Shown: one piece after another, positions 1-8,500 of the stretch
Layout: the number at the start of each line of letters is the position of its first letter
Numbering within the stretch: position 1 is the first letter of the stretch
Source: Planctomycetota bacterium
GTDB taxonomy: Bacteria; Planctomycetota; Planctomycetia; Pirellulales; Pirellulaceae
Assembly: GCA_046045565.1 (NCBI GenBank)
Contig: JBJOLO010000551.1
Coordinates: forward strand, 1 to 32,967
Length of the DNA stretch: 32,967 bases
Direction: 5' to 3'
Program-made: the position numbers and the translations under genes
The notes under the pieces: generated by a model
Databases searched by the model: none
What the model saw: the letters and a program-made list of their open reading frames with translations, nothing else
Told to the model about the DNA's origin: nothing

Positions 1-25
1 TAATATATTGCGGCTCTTGTACTTA

Positions 26-1630
26 ATGACGGCGGCAATCACTCCCATGAATGACCAAACGGCGGACGACAGTTCCAATCCAGCAGAGGACGTAGGGATC
101 CACGAAGCGTCGCGACGCGCGAAGCTGCAGCGGATCAGCGAATTGGGGGTCGATCCCTGGGGAAGTCGCTTCGACGGACGGACGCTCGTTCGCGATATCC
201 GCGGGCAAGCCGATGCGATTCGCTTCCGCAAGCCTGATGGTTCGGATGTGGCGGTACCGAGCGATCTGCCAAGCGATCCTCAGGCGTTTCGTACCTGGAT
301 CGGCCAGCAGGGTCCGGGAGAGATGCATGGTCCCCGTATTCGGGCCGCCGGTCGCGTGATGTTGATCCGCGATACGGGCAAACTGCTGTTCATCGACATT
401 CAGGACTGGACCGGCCGCATCCAGCTTTTCGTCGGCAAAGCACAGGTAGGCGAACACGATTGGGCGTTGGCCGGGAACATGGATCTGGGCGACCTGATCG
501 GCGTCGACGGCGAGCTACGTCGAACGAAGACGGGCGAACTCACCGTTTTCGCATCGAAGCTGCACTTCCACTCCAAGTCGATTTCTCCGCATCCCGAAAA
601 GCACAAAGGTCTGATCGATCCCGAATTGCGACAGCGGATGCGGTATCTCGATTTGATCTATACCGACGGGGTGCTGGAGCGATTTCTCCACCGCACCAAG
701 ATCGTTCAATCGATACGAAACACGTTGAACGGACGCGGTTTTTGCGAGATCGAAGGGCCGACGTTGCATTCCATTGCAGGCGGTGCGGCGGCACGTCCGT
801 TTACAACGCACCATAACGCGCTCAACATCCAGCTCTTTATGCGAATCGCGCTCGAGTTGCACCTCAAGCGATTGATGGTGGGCGGAATGGAGCGCGTTTA
901 CGAGATGGGGCGGGTCTACCGCAATGAGGGCATCAGCCCACGCCACAATCCCGAATTCACGATGCTCGAAGTCTACGAGGCTTACGGCAACTACGAGACG
1001 ATGATGGATTTGACCGAGCAGGTCATCGTCAACGCGATCCAGGCGACGGGGCAAGGCTACTGCCTGCCATGGGGCGAATACACGATCGATTTCACGCCGC
1101 CATTTCAGCGACGGGCTTACGACGATTTGTTTCAAGAACATACAGGGATTGATCCGAGCAACGCGCGCGCGGTCGCCGAATATGCCGCTCACATCGGTTT
1201 CGATGTGAAGGGTAAACACCCGGATGTCGTGAAGAGTTTTGTGTTCGAGGAGCGGGTCGAGGATCAACTCGTCGGTCCCATCTTCGTCGTCGACTACCCG
1301 GCCAGCATTTGCCCCCTCACCAAACGCTGCAGCGATCGACCGCACATTGCCGAGCGATTCGAGTTATTCATTCGCGGAATGGAAATCGCCAACGCATACA
1401 CCGAATTGAATGATCCGGATTTGCAAGAGGAATTGTTCCGCACGCAACTCGAGGGCATCGCGGAAGAGGACTCCATGGCCAAGATGGACATGGATTTTGT
1501 GCGGGCCTTAAGGCACGGCATGCCGCCTGCGGGCGGACTGGGGATCGGCATCGACCGCCTGGTGATGCTGCTGACCAATGCACAATCGATTCGCGAAGTG
1601 ATCCTGTTTCCGCTATTGCGGCCCGAGTAA
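26..1630 (+). CDS. lysS: lysine--tRNA ligase (class II LysRS)
   Basis: The ORF spans 8..1630 and opens with TTG at 8. The first ATGs are at 26 and 47, so the exact start is uncertain. The translation has an OB-fold anticodon-binding part (GRVMLIRDTGKLLFIDIQD) and class II aaRS motifs (FMRIALELHLKRL, GRVYRNEGISPRHNPEFTMLE, GGLGIGIDRLVMLL). Confidence 0.93.
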   Translation: MTAAITPMNDQTADDSSNPAEDVGIHEASRRAKLQRISELGVDPWGSRFDGRTLVRDIRGQADAIRFRKPDGSDVAVPSDLPSDPQAFRTWIGQQGPGEMHGPRIRAAGRVMLIRDTGKLLFIDIQDWTGRIQLFVGKAQVGEHDWALAGNMDLGDLIGVDGELRRTKTGELTVFASKLHFHSKSISPHPEKHKGLIDPELRQRMRYLDLIYTDGVLERFLHRTKIVQSIRNTLNGRGFCEIEGPTLHSIAGGAAARPFTTHHNALNIQLFMRIALELHLKRLMVGGMERVYEMGRVYRNEGISPRHNPEFTMLEVYEAYGNYETMMDLTEQVIVNAIQATGQGYCLPWGEYTIDFTPPFQRRAYDDLFQEHTGIDPSNARAVAEYAAHIGFDVKGKHPDVVKSFVFEERVEDQLVGPIFVVDYPASICPLTKRCSDRPHIAERFELFIRGMEIANAYTELNDPDLQEELFRTQLEGIAEEDSMAKMDMDFVRALRHGMPPAGGLGIGIDRLVMLLTNAQSIREVILFPLLRPE

Positions 1631-1728
1631 CCCTAGAGTGGACGGGGATCGAGCAACGCTGACGACCACCTACTGACCTCCGCTGCGTCAAGGATGACCG
1701 ACGCACTGAATTTGCCAAAGGATTGGCT

Positions 1729-3471
1729 ATGTATAAATTGCTGCTCTCGTGGCGCTACCTGCGAACGCGATGGATCGCCGTTGCTTCGATCATCAGTGTC
1801 ACGCTCGGCGTGGCCACGATGATCATTGTGAACGCCGTCATGGATGGCTTCACGGCCGAAATGTACAACCGCTTGCACGGCATTCTTTCCGACGTCGTGG
1901 TGGAAAGTCACAGCCTGTCGGGCATTCCGGATCCAGCGTGGCATCAGCAGCAGATCCTGGAAGTGCTGGGCGACGATATCGTCGGTATGACGGCGGCCGT
2001 TCGTGTTCCGGCGATGTTGAACTTTCGCGTGCGTGGCGAGTGGGTGACGCAACAGGTGATGGCGATCGGCATCGACGAGAAGTCCTATGCCGACGTCAGC
2101 GACTTCAGCAAGTTTTTGTTGCATCCCGCCAATCGGGAACAGCTCAGTTTTCAGTTGCGGGAAGACGGCTTTGACGAACCGCTGCCGACCTCAGGATGGC
2201 AACACCGTCGACTTCGTGTCGGCTACGAACGCGCCTATCGCGAGCAGCTGGAGCAGACGGAGCGGACGCGCGAGGCGCGATTTCGCCGACAGACGTCGCA
2301 TCGGGTGCCCGAATCATTGAGATTCGACGAACCGGATCGCGTCGCGATGGCGAGTGCGGAGGAGCCGGTTAAGGACACGGTGCCCGGCGAAGTTCCCGAT
2401 GAAGTACCTGCCGCACCAGTCGCAGCAGCCGACACCGCGGAAGCGTCGCCCCGTTTGCCGCTGGATTCCGAGGCCAGTCCGCCGCTCGCGAGCCCTCCGC
2501 TCGCAAGCCCGCCAGTTGCCGCCGGAGTTGCCGATCCTTTTCGCCGCAGTCGCGACGACGACGAGGAACCGCAGCTGGTCTTTGATGAAATGAGCGAACA
2601 ACACACCGGGATCGTGCTCGGGATTGCCATCGCCAGCGTGCGACATCGCAATCCGGATAACTCGGTGATGAATTACTTCCTGGCTCGACCGGGCGACGAC
2701 GTGCAGATCACGTTCCCCACGTCCGGGCAACCGCCGAAAGCGGTGACCGGCACCTTCACGATTGTCGATTGCTACCAGAGCAAGATGAGCGAATACGACT
2801 CGATGTTCGCGTTTATGCCAATCGAGAAACTGCAGCAGATGCGCGGGATGATCGATCCGGAATCGGGCGTGCCGAGTGTCACTTCGATCCAGCTGAAATT
2901 GCGTCCCGGCGTCGATTTGAACGCGGCCCGCGACAAATTGCGGGCCCGATTTCCGACCGATCAGTTTGCGTATCGCATCGAGACTTGGCGGGACTTGCAG
3001 GGTCCGCTGTTGGCCGCCGTGCAAATGGAGACGACGATCCTGAACATCCTGCTGTTCTTGATTATCGCCGTGGCCGGCTTCGGCATTCTCGCCACGTTCT
3101 TCATGATCGTCGTGGAGAAGACTCGGGATATCGGCATTCTGAAAGCGTTGGGAGCGCCGAGTCAGGGAGTCATGAGCATCTTTCTGAATTACGGCCTGGC
3201 GCTGGGTGTGCTGGGATCCGGAATGGGAATGGTGCTGGGATTGCTGTTCGTCACTTTTATCAACGAGATTGCGTCGGTGATTGAATCGATCCTGGGCCAG
3301 GAGTTATTCGATCCGACGGTGTATTACTTCCAGAAGATTCCCACGATCATCAATCCACTCATGGTGGTGTGGGTCGTCGCCGGCGCGATTGTGATCGCGG
3401 TGTTGGCCAGTGTGTTGCCTTCGTTGCGGGCTGCCCGACTGCATCCGGTCGAGGCGCTGCGGTACGAGTGA
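1729..3471 (+). CDS. lolE: lipoprotein-releasing ABC transporter permease, LolC/LolE (MacB/FtsX-type) family, with a large low-complexity periplasmic insert
   Basis: The ORF spans 1723..3471 (TTG). An ATG at 1729 is preceded by AAAGGA at 1717-1722. The N-terminus (MYKLLLSWRYLRTRW) plus a TM segment and the C-terminal FtsX-type TM bundle (LKALGAPSQGVMSIF...LRAARLHPVEALRYE) fit the family. An lolD-like ATPase gene follows directly. Confidence 0.85.
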   Translation: MYKLLLSWRYLRTRWIAVASIISVTLGVATMIIVNAVMDGFTAEMYNRLHGILSDVVVESHSLSGIPDPAWHQQQILEVLGDDIVGMTAAVRVPAMLNFRVRGEWVTQQVMAIGIDEKSYADVSDFSKFLLHPANREQLSFQLREDGFDEPLPTSGWQHRRLRVGYERAYREQLEQTERTREARFRRQTSHRVPESLRFDEPDRVAMASAEEPVKDTVPGEVPDEVPAAPVAAADTAEASPRLPLDSEASPPLASPPLASPPVAAGVADPFRRSRDDDEEPQLVFDEMSEQHTGIVLGIAIASVRHRNPDNSVMNYFLARPGDDVQITFPTSGQPPKAVTGTFTIVDCYQSKMSEYDSMFAFMPIEKLQQMRGMIDPESGVPSVTSIQLKLRPGVDLNAARDKLRARFPTDQFAYRIETWRDLQGPLLAAVQMETTILNILLFLIIAVAGFGILATFFMIVVEKTRDIGILKALGAPSQGVMSIFLNYGLALGVLGSGMGMVLGLLFVTFINEIASVIESILGQELFDPTVYYFQKIPTIINPLMVVWVVAGAIVIAVLASVLPSLRAARLHPVEALRYE

Positions 3472-3486
3472 TCAGGAGCCGAGATC

Positions 3487-4260
3487 ATGGCGAGTCAATT
3501 ACAAGCATTGGGAAGCGTGCCATCGCTGGCGTTGCGAGCATCGAAGGGATTACCGGAGTCGTCTTCGGCCGCGTTGCTTGGTGCCAACAATCTGTTCAAG
3601 AGCTATCGCAAAGGCAGCCACATTGTCCCGGTCTTGAAGGGCGTGGACTTTCAGGTGCGGCCTGCCGAGTTCGTCGCGATTGTCGGGCAAAGCGGTTCGG
3701 GCAAGAGCACGCTGTTGCATTTGCTGGGAACCCTGGATGCGCCCGACTCCGGCGAAGTGCACTTCGAAGGCAAACGTATCGACAACCTGCGATATGCCAG
3801 TCGTGATCAATTGCGGAACCGTTGTTTCGGTATGATCTTCCAGTCGTATCACCTGCTGCCCGAGCTCAGCACGCTGGAGAACGTGGTCATGCCGCTGATG
3901 ATCTCCCAGCGGGCGCTGCCGTATTGGTGGAATCGACGCGGCTACTTGGAACGCGCCGCGCACCTGCTTGAACTCGTCGGACTCGGACATCGACTGGCGC
4001 ACAAGCCGCGCGAATTATCCGGTGGCGAAATGCAACGGGCCGCCATCGCACGCGCGCTGATCGCCAACCCGCGCGTGCTTTTGGCCGATGAGCCCACGGG
4101 AAATCTCGATCAAGATACCGGTGCGGAGATTCTCGAGATCCTCAAAACCTTGAACCGGCGGGACCAGCTTACTATAGTCATGGTTACTCATGACAATGCG
4201 ATCGCGGCCCAGGCCGATCGGATCGTGCGTTTGGCCGAAGGCCGCGTTGTGCAACTTTAA
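3487..4260 (+). CDS. lolD: lipoprotein-releasing system ATP-binding protein LolD (ABC ATPase)
   Basis: Walker A (GQSGSGKST), ABC signature (LSGGEMQR) and Walker B (LLADEPTGNLD) are present. An AGGAG lies about 10 nt upstream of the ATG. The gene starts 15 nt after the permease stop. Confidence 0.88.
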   Translation: MASQLQALGSVPSLALRASKGLPESSSAALLGANNLFKSYRKGSHIVPVLKGVDFQVRPAEFVAIVGQSGSGKSTLLHLLGTLDAPDSGEVHFEGKRIDNLRYASRDQLRNRCFGMIFQSYHLLPELSTLENVVMPLMISQRALPYWWNRRGYLERAAHLLELVGLGHRLAHKPRELSGGEMQRAAIARALIANPRVLLADEPTGNLDQDTGAEILEILKTLNRRDQLTIVMVTHDNAIAAQADRIVRLAEGRVVQL

Positions 4261-4334
4261 TTTCGCTGGCAACTCAGTTTCGCGTGCAACTCTAGTTCAG
4301 CCCGTCGAGGGCCGTAGAAGAATGGACTGCCGGG

Positions 4335-5192
4335 ATGGCTCTGCAAGTATTCATCGACGGAAAACTGTACGACAAAGAAAATGCCAAGATCAGCGTCTAT
4401 GATCACGGTTTGCTCTACGGCGACGGAATCTTCGAAGGCATGCGGAGCTATAGCGGCAAAGTGTTTCGCTTGCAGGAACACCTCGACCGTTTGTGGGATT
4501 CCGCCAAGGCGATCTGGCTGACGATTCCGATGACCAAGGAGGCGATGGCCCAAGCTGTCAACGACACCCTCAAGGTGAACGGCATCACCGACGGCTATAT
4601 CCGACTGATCGTCACCCGCGGAGCCGGAACACTGGGCTTGGATCCGAACCGCACCAGCAATCCGCAAGTGATCATCATCACCGACCACATCGCCCTGTAT
4701 CCCAAAGAATTCTACGAACAGGGGCTCGAGATCGTCACCGCCAGCACGGCCCGCAGTCATCCCGCCGCGCTCAATCCCCGCATTAAAAGTTTGAACTACC
4801 TGAACAACATCCTGGCGAAAATCGAAGGATTGAAGGCGGGCTGCATTGAAGCCCTGATGCTGAATCACAAAGGGGAAGTGGCCGAGTGCACGGGCGATAA
4901 CATTTTCATCGTCCGCGACGGGCAATTGCTCACCCCGGGCACCGATGCGGGCATTCTCGAAGGAGTGACTCGTGCCGCCGTCATGGAACTCGCCCAACAA
5001 GCCGGCATCACCGTCCGCGAACTGTCGCTCACGCGTCACGACGTGTATGTCGCCGACGAATGCTTCCTGACCGGAAGTGCGGCTGAAGTCATTCCCGTTG
5101 TGATGATCGATCATCGATCGATCGGAGACGGTAAGCCCGGTCCGATCACCCGCGATCTGATACAGCGGTTCCAAGCACTCGTCCGCTCGTAA
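4335..5192 (+). CDS. ilvE: branched-chain amino acid aminotransferase (fold type IV PLP enzyme)
   Basis: The 285-aa product contains HGLLYGDGIFEGMRSY, a PLP-lysine context (PRIKSLNYLNNILAKIEG) and ALMLNHKGEVAECTGDNIFIV. These are typical of short BCATs. A D-amino-acid aminotransferase or PabC-type activity cannot be excluded from sequence alone. Confidence 0.8.
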   Translation: MALQVFIDGKLYDKENAKISVYDHGLLYGDGIFEGMRSYSGKVFRLQEHLDRLWDSAKAIWLTIPMTKEAMAQAVNDTLKVNGITDGYIRLIVTRGAGTLGLDPNRTSNPQVIIITDHIALYPKEFYEQGLEIVTASTARSHPAALNPRIKSLNYLNNILAKIEGLKAGCIEALMLNHKGEVAECTGDNIFIVRDGQLLTPGTDAGILEGVTRAAVMELAQQAGITVRELSLTRHDVYVADECFLTGSAAEVIPVVMIDHRSIGDGKPGPITRDLIQRFQALVRS

Positions 5193-5212
5193 ACCGCGTA
5201 GCCATTGTCGTG

Positions 5213-5599
5213 TTAGAACGGCGCGTCTTCCTCGTCGGAGGCCGATTCGGCAAACGAGCGGTTGATGTCTTCGCTGTTCGATCCGCTCCCGCCTTCGCCG
5301 CCTCCGCCGTTTACGACCTTAAACTGCATCGCCTCCGCACTTAAAAAGTACTTCACTTCACTCTGCGGATCACGCTGCCATTTACGACCGGTCAGGCGAT
5401 AAGCGATCTCGACGTCGTCGCCCAACTGCATCTCGTCCACCCGATCGCACGCATCGTTGGTGAACTCCAGCGGCAGGTAATTCGTGAAACGGCCGTTGTT
5501 TTGCTCGATTACGACCAACCGCTTGCGAAAACCTTTTTGACCGTACGATTTGGTCGGTTCGATTACATGCACGATCCCGCGAACTTTGGCATCACTCAT
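5213..5599 (-). CDS. DUF3127-like OB-fold protein with Gly-rich linker and acidic SSB-like C-terminal tip
   Basis: The ORF spans 5213..5629 and opens with TTG. The first ATG is at 5599 (MSDAKVRGIVH...). The core (GIVHVIEPTKSYGQKGFRKRLVVIEQNNGRFTNYLPLEF...VEIAYRLTGRKWQ) resembles the DUF3127 family as I remember it. The tail reads GGGGEGGSGSNSEDINRSFAESASDEEDAPF. Confidence 0.7.
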   Translation of the reverse strand: MSDAKVRGIVHVIEPTKSYGQKGFRKRLVVIEQNNGRFTNYLPLEFTNDACDRVDEMQLGDDVEIAYRLTGRKWQRDPQSEVKYFLSAEAMQFKVVNGGGGEGGSGSNSEDINRSFAESASDEEDAPF

Positions 5600-5648
5600 G
5601 AGCAACCATCCCAAGTCACAAAATTTCAAAATTTACTGCATGGCACAA

Positions 5649-5676
5649 CACACTGCGATCATCACACTGCGATCAT
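5649..5676 (-). repeat. perfect 14-bp tandem duplication (+ strand cacactgcgatcat x2) upstream of the DUF3127-like gene
   Basis: Read directly from the sequence: unit 1 is 5649-5662 and unit 2 is 5663-5676. The repeat lies 50-77 nt upstream of the ATG at 5599 on the minus strand. Confidence 0.9.
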
Positions 5677-5752
5677 CGACTAGTACGTAATCGTACCCCG
5701 ATTGCCCTCGGAGAGAAACATGGGGCAACGTCAGGAATGCGTGAGAGGGGAA

Positions 5753-6373
5753 TCAGTTTTGCCGCCGCCGTTGCATGGCGTGATAGAGGGACGGAACGTC
5801 GGCGTTCCACGAATCAGTCACGCGGGTGATGAGCATCGATTCGAGATTCGTCGCCACGACGGCGATCATGGTAAACCGCAGAGGCCATGCAGTCGAATCA
5901 TAGAGGGCCCAGGCGGCGCTGACGGTGATGAGCAGCCAGCAGGTTTTGGCTGCCCGGGTGTGGTAGCTTGGCCAGCGGCCGAATTTTCGCAGGCCAACTC
6001 CGGTCGCGATCGCGTAGCTTCCGCCGGCGGCCACGATCCATGGCCATTCGTTCCACAGTAGATCTCCGCGCAGCCAAAGGCTTCCAAACAGCAAGGCCGT
6101 GTACAGCGCGGCATCGGCCCAACTGTCCAGTCGCGCCCCGAATACCGACTTCTGACGAAGCAGAATTGCCAGCTTACCGTCGATCCAATCCGACATGGCC
6201 AGTAGCAGGTACAGCCAGAAAAAAGCCCTCGCTTGTCCGGCGATCGCCAGGAATGGCAGGATCATCGCGCCGAGAAACCGCACAGCGCACAGCAGGTTCG
6301 GCACGGTTGCAAGGCGCGTGGTTCGGTCGGATTCGGCTGGTGGTTGCGGCTGCATAGCAGGTTCGGTTTTCAT
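5753..6373 (-). CDS. CDP-alcohol phosphatidyltransferase family protein (PgsA/Pss-like; head-group specificity unknown)
   Basis: The motif DWIDGKLAILLRQKSVFGARLDSWADA matches D-x2-DG-x2-A[R]-x8-G-x3-D-x3-D, with Ile in place of the usual Arg. The protein is multi-TM. I chose the ATG at 6373 because the upstream part of ORF 5753..6784 overlaps cdsA out of frame. The start is uncertain; another candidate is at 6355. Confidence 0.8.
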   Translation of the reverse strand: MKTEPAMQPQPPAESDRTTRLATVPNLLCAVRFLGAMILPFLAIAGQARAFFWLYLLLAMSDWIDGKLAILLRQKSVFGARLDSWADAALYTALLFGSLWLRGDLLWNEWPWIVAAGGSYAIATGVGLRKFGRWPSYHTRAAKTCWLLITVSAAWALYDSTAWPLRFTMIAVVATNLESMLITRVTDSWNADVPSLYHAMQRRRQN

Positions 6374-6387
6374 CGGAGCTGGCGATG

Positions 6388-7422
6388 TTATTTCGTCACG
6401 GTCAGGCATAGCAGGTAAAACAGCGCGGGCGCGGCCAGGGTGAAGCTGTCCAAGCGATCGATCACCCCGCCCATTCCCGGCAGCAGCGAACTGCTGTCTT
6501 TCACCCCAGCATCGCGCTTCACGGCCGAAGTATTGCTGCCCCCGAGAAAAGCGCTGAGGAATACCACCGTGCCGATTACCGAATGCCAAACCAGCGGCGG
6601 AAAGCCGAACGGCGTGTCGGAAGGCAGCAGGACGGGACCGAGTGCAATCGAAAGTCCAAGCACGGCAAGGAGTCCCCCGAGGAAGCCCTCCCACGTTTTG
6701 CGCGGGGAGATGTGCGGCGTGATGGCATGACCGCGCCCATCGCTGAATCGACGTCCGACGAGTGCCTGCACAATGTCGCCGCATTGCGTGAGGACTACCA
6801 GGTAAACCGCGGCACCCGAATGAACACCCTGAATCGTAAGCAGCAACGGCAGATGGGCCGGTCCGTAGCCCAGCACCATCATTCCCCAGTAATGGGAAGC
6901 AACGCGCCGCACATGATCCGTTGGGCCGGCGGACGTCAGACTCGCGATCACGCCCAGAATCAGGCCGACCAGCGGGCTCAGCGAACGAAAAGCGTCAGGC
7001 AGATCGATGACGAGAAGCACGTAGTTTCCGGCAGTCCAAAGATACGCAACGACGGCAGTGGCCAAAGTGCAAGTCGCGCGCATGTTGGGCAGTGCGAAGT
7101 ATTCCCGCAAGGCGAGCAGCGATGCCGTGCCAAACAGCAAGCAAACACCCGGTCGTCCCGTCATGATCGATGCCGCGAAGAGTCCGAAAAGGATCCACCA
7201 TGTTCGTAGACTGGCCAATCGTTGACGGTGGGTGGCGGTTGCATCCTGGTGATGGAAAAGCAGTCGATACACGGTGCCGATTGCGAGTGCGGCAAACAAG
7301 ACGACAAAAACCCAAAGGACGGCGGGCGTCGGAAAGACAGCAGCGAGCCACTCCGGGGCAGCAACCTTCCAGAACATGGCGAGGGCGGGGACGATCAACA
7401 TCATTCGATCGTTCTCCGCCAT
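6388..7422 (-). CDS. cdsA: phosphatidate cytidylyltransferase (CDP-diglyceride synthase)
   Basis: The protein is multi-TM. SPRKTWEGFLGG and the CdsA signature (SAVKRDAGVKDSSSLLPGMGGVIDRLDS) are present. An alternative ATG at 7404 has a better GGAG upstream. Confidence 0.88.
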   Translation of the reverse strand: MAENDRMMLIVPALAMFWKVAAPEWLAAVFPTPAVLWVFVVLFAALAIGTVYRLLFHHQDATATHRQRLASLRTWWILFGLFAASIMTGRPGVCLLFGTASLLALREYFALPNMRATCTLATAVVAYLWTAGNYVLLVIDLPDAFRSLSPLVGLILGVIASLTSAGPTDHVRRVASHYWGMMVLGYGPAHLPLLLTIQGVHSGAAVYLVVLTQCGDIVQALVGRRFSDGRGHAITPHISPRKTWEGFLGGLLAVLGLSIALGPVLLPSDTPFGFPPLVWHSVIGTVVFLSAFLGGSNTSAVKRDAGVKDSSSLLPGMGGVIDRLDSFTLAAPALFYLLCLTVTK

Positions 7423-7508
7423 TGGGGCTGACAGGCGCGGTACCTTTCACCGTGCAGCAGGATATTCCGGCAAACGACTTGTTGTTCGCTGATGCTCATC
7501 GATGCGCC

Positions 7509-8441
7509 TCAATCGTTTTCACCGACGTCCAATCGGGACTCGTCGATCGCAGCCGGATAATCGCCAATGAGAACCTGCAGTGCCGCCGGCACGATTTCGA
7601 AGGTCATTTCGTCGCACTGGGCGAGTTCTCCATCGATGCTGAACGGCATGGGCGGATTCGATCGCAGTTGCACGCGTCGGGCTCGATAGGTATCGACACT
7701 GGCTGCCAGTTGCTCAAATCCAAGCATGAATCCCAATCCCGTGGTCATCAAGTCGAAGGAGGGCAGCGGGGGAATCAAAATGACATCCAGCCATCCGTCG
7801 TTCATGATCGCCTGTGGCGCGATCGGAAAACCGCCGCCGACAAACTTTCCGTTCGCGATCGCCACACCGATGACCGTTCGATAGATCGGTGGCTGATCAT
7901 CGATCGATAACTCAATCGAAAACTCAGGGATATAGACCAAGTCGATCACCGATGTCATCCAGTAGGCAAGCGCCCCCCATCGCTGCTTATCGATCGATTG
8001 GACGTCATTGGCAACGCGTCCTCCAAATCCGCCGTTCGCCACATTGATGCAGTAGCGCGGCGATGTGTCGCTTAGACGAATCAAGTCGAGCGGCGCGGTG
8101 CGCGTGCCGAATGCATAGCTGCTCGCCAAGCCCAGCAATTCGGGATTGATGCCTAACGACCGTGCGAGATCGTTGCCTGTGCCGAATGGCAGGATTCCCA
8201 GTTCCATGGAGGGACAATCGGGCACGATACCCTGCACTGCCTGTCCCACGGTGCCATCTCCGCCGGCGACGACGACGCGGTCGTACTGCCGCTGAACGGC
8301 GAGTTGAGCGAGACGCTGAGCGTCATTAGGGCCGTCCGTTGGCCACAACTCACAGGTCGGATCGTGGCGGTTTCGCGGCAAGAGTTGAGCCAGCATGTTG
8401 TCGGAAACGACACGCGGGTTGTAGATCACACAGACGCGCAT
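7509..8441 (-). CDS. diacylglycerol kinase catalytic-domain lipid kinase (YegS/BmrU-like)
   Basis: The start MRVCVIYNP is at 8441. DAGK_cat motifs are present (VVVAGGDGTVGQAV, LGILPFGTGNDLARSLG). The longer ORF up to 8852 overlaps the divergent gene and is P/R/A-rich junk. Confidence 0.82.
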   Translation of the reverse strand: MRVCVIYNPRVVSDNMLAQLLPRNRHDPTCELWPTDGPNDAQRLAQLAVQRQYDRVVVAGGDGTVGQAVQGIVPDCPSMELGILPFGTGNDLARSLGINPELLGLASSYAFGTRTAPLDLIRLSDTSPRYCINVANGGFGGRVANDVQSIDKQRWGALAYWMTSVIDLVYIPEFSIELSIDDQPPIYRTVIGVAIANGKFVGGGFPIAPQAIMNDGWLDVILIPPLPSFDLMTTGLGFMLGFEQLAASVDTYRARRVQLRSNPPMPFSIDGELAQCDEMTFEIVPAALQVLIGDYPAAIDESRLDVGEND

Positions 8442-8500
8442 CCAAAATTCCTGTGATCGTTCGCTTCTCTGTTCCAGATACCTTGGACTATCATACGGCC

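Noticed and set aside
515-1345. A 276-aa ORF lies antisense to lysS. Similar long antisense or out-of-frame ORFs occur at 4257-5174, 2314-3024, 9247-10497, 20771-21508, 24837-25556, 30997-31758 and 31925-32650.
   Set aside because: Each lies entirely within a confidently identified gene on the other strand or in another frame. Their translations are R/A/P/G-rich with no recognisable motifs. Long shadow ORFs are expected in GC-rich DNA.
4269-4297. A direct repeat, GCAACTCAGTT / GCAACTCTAGTT, lies upstream of ilvE.
   Set aside because: It is short and imperfect and could be chance. I have no independent evidence for a regulatory role.
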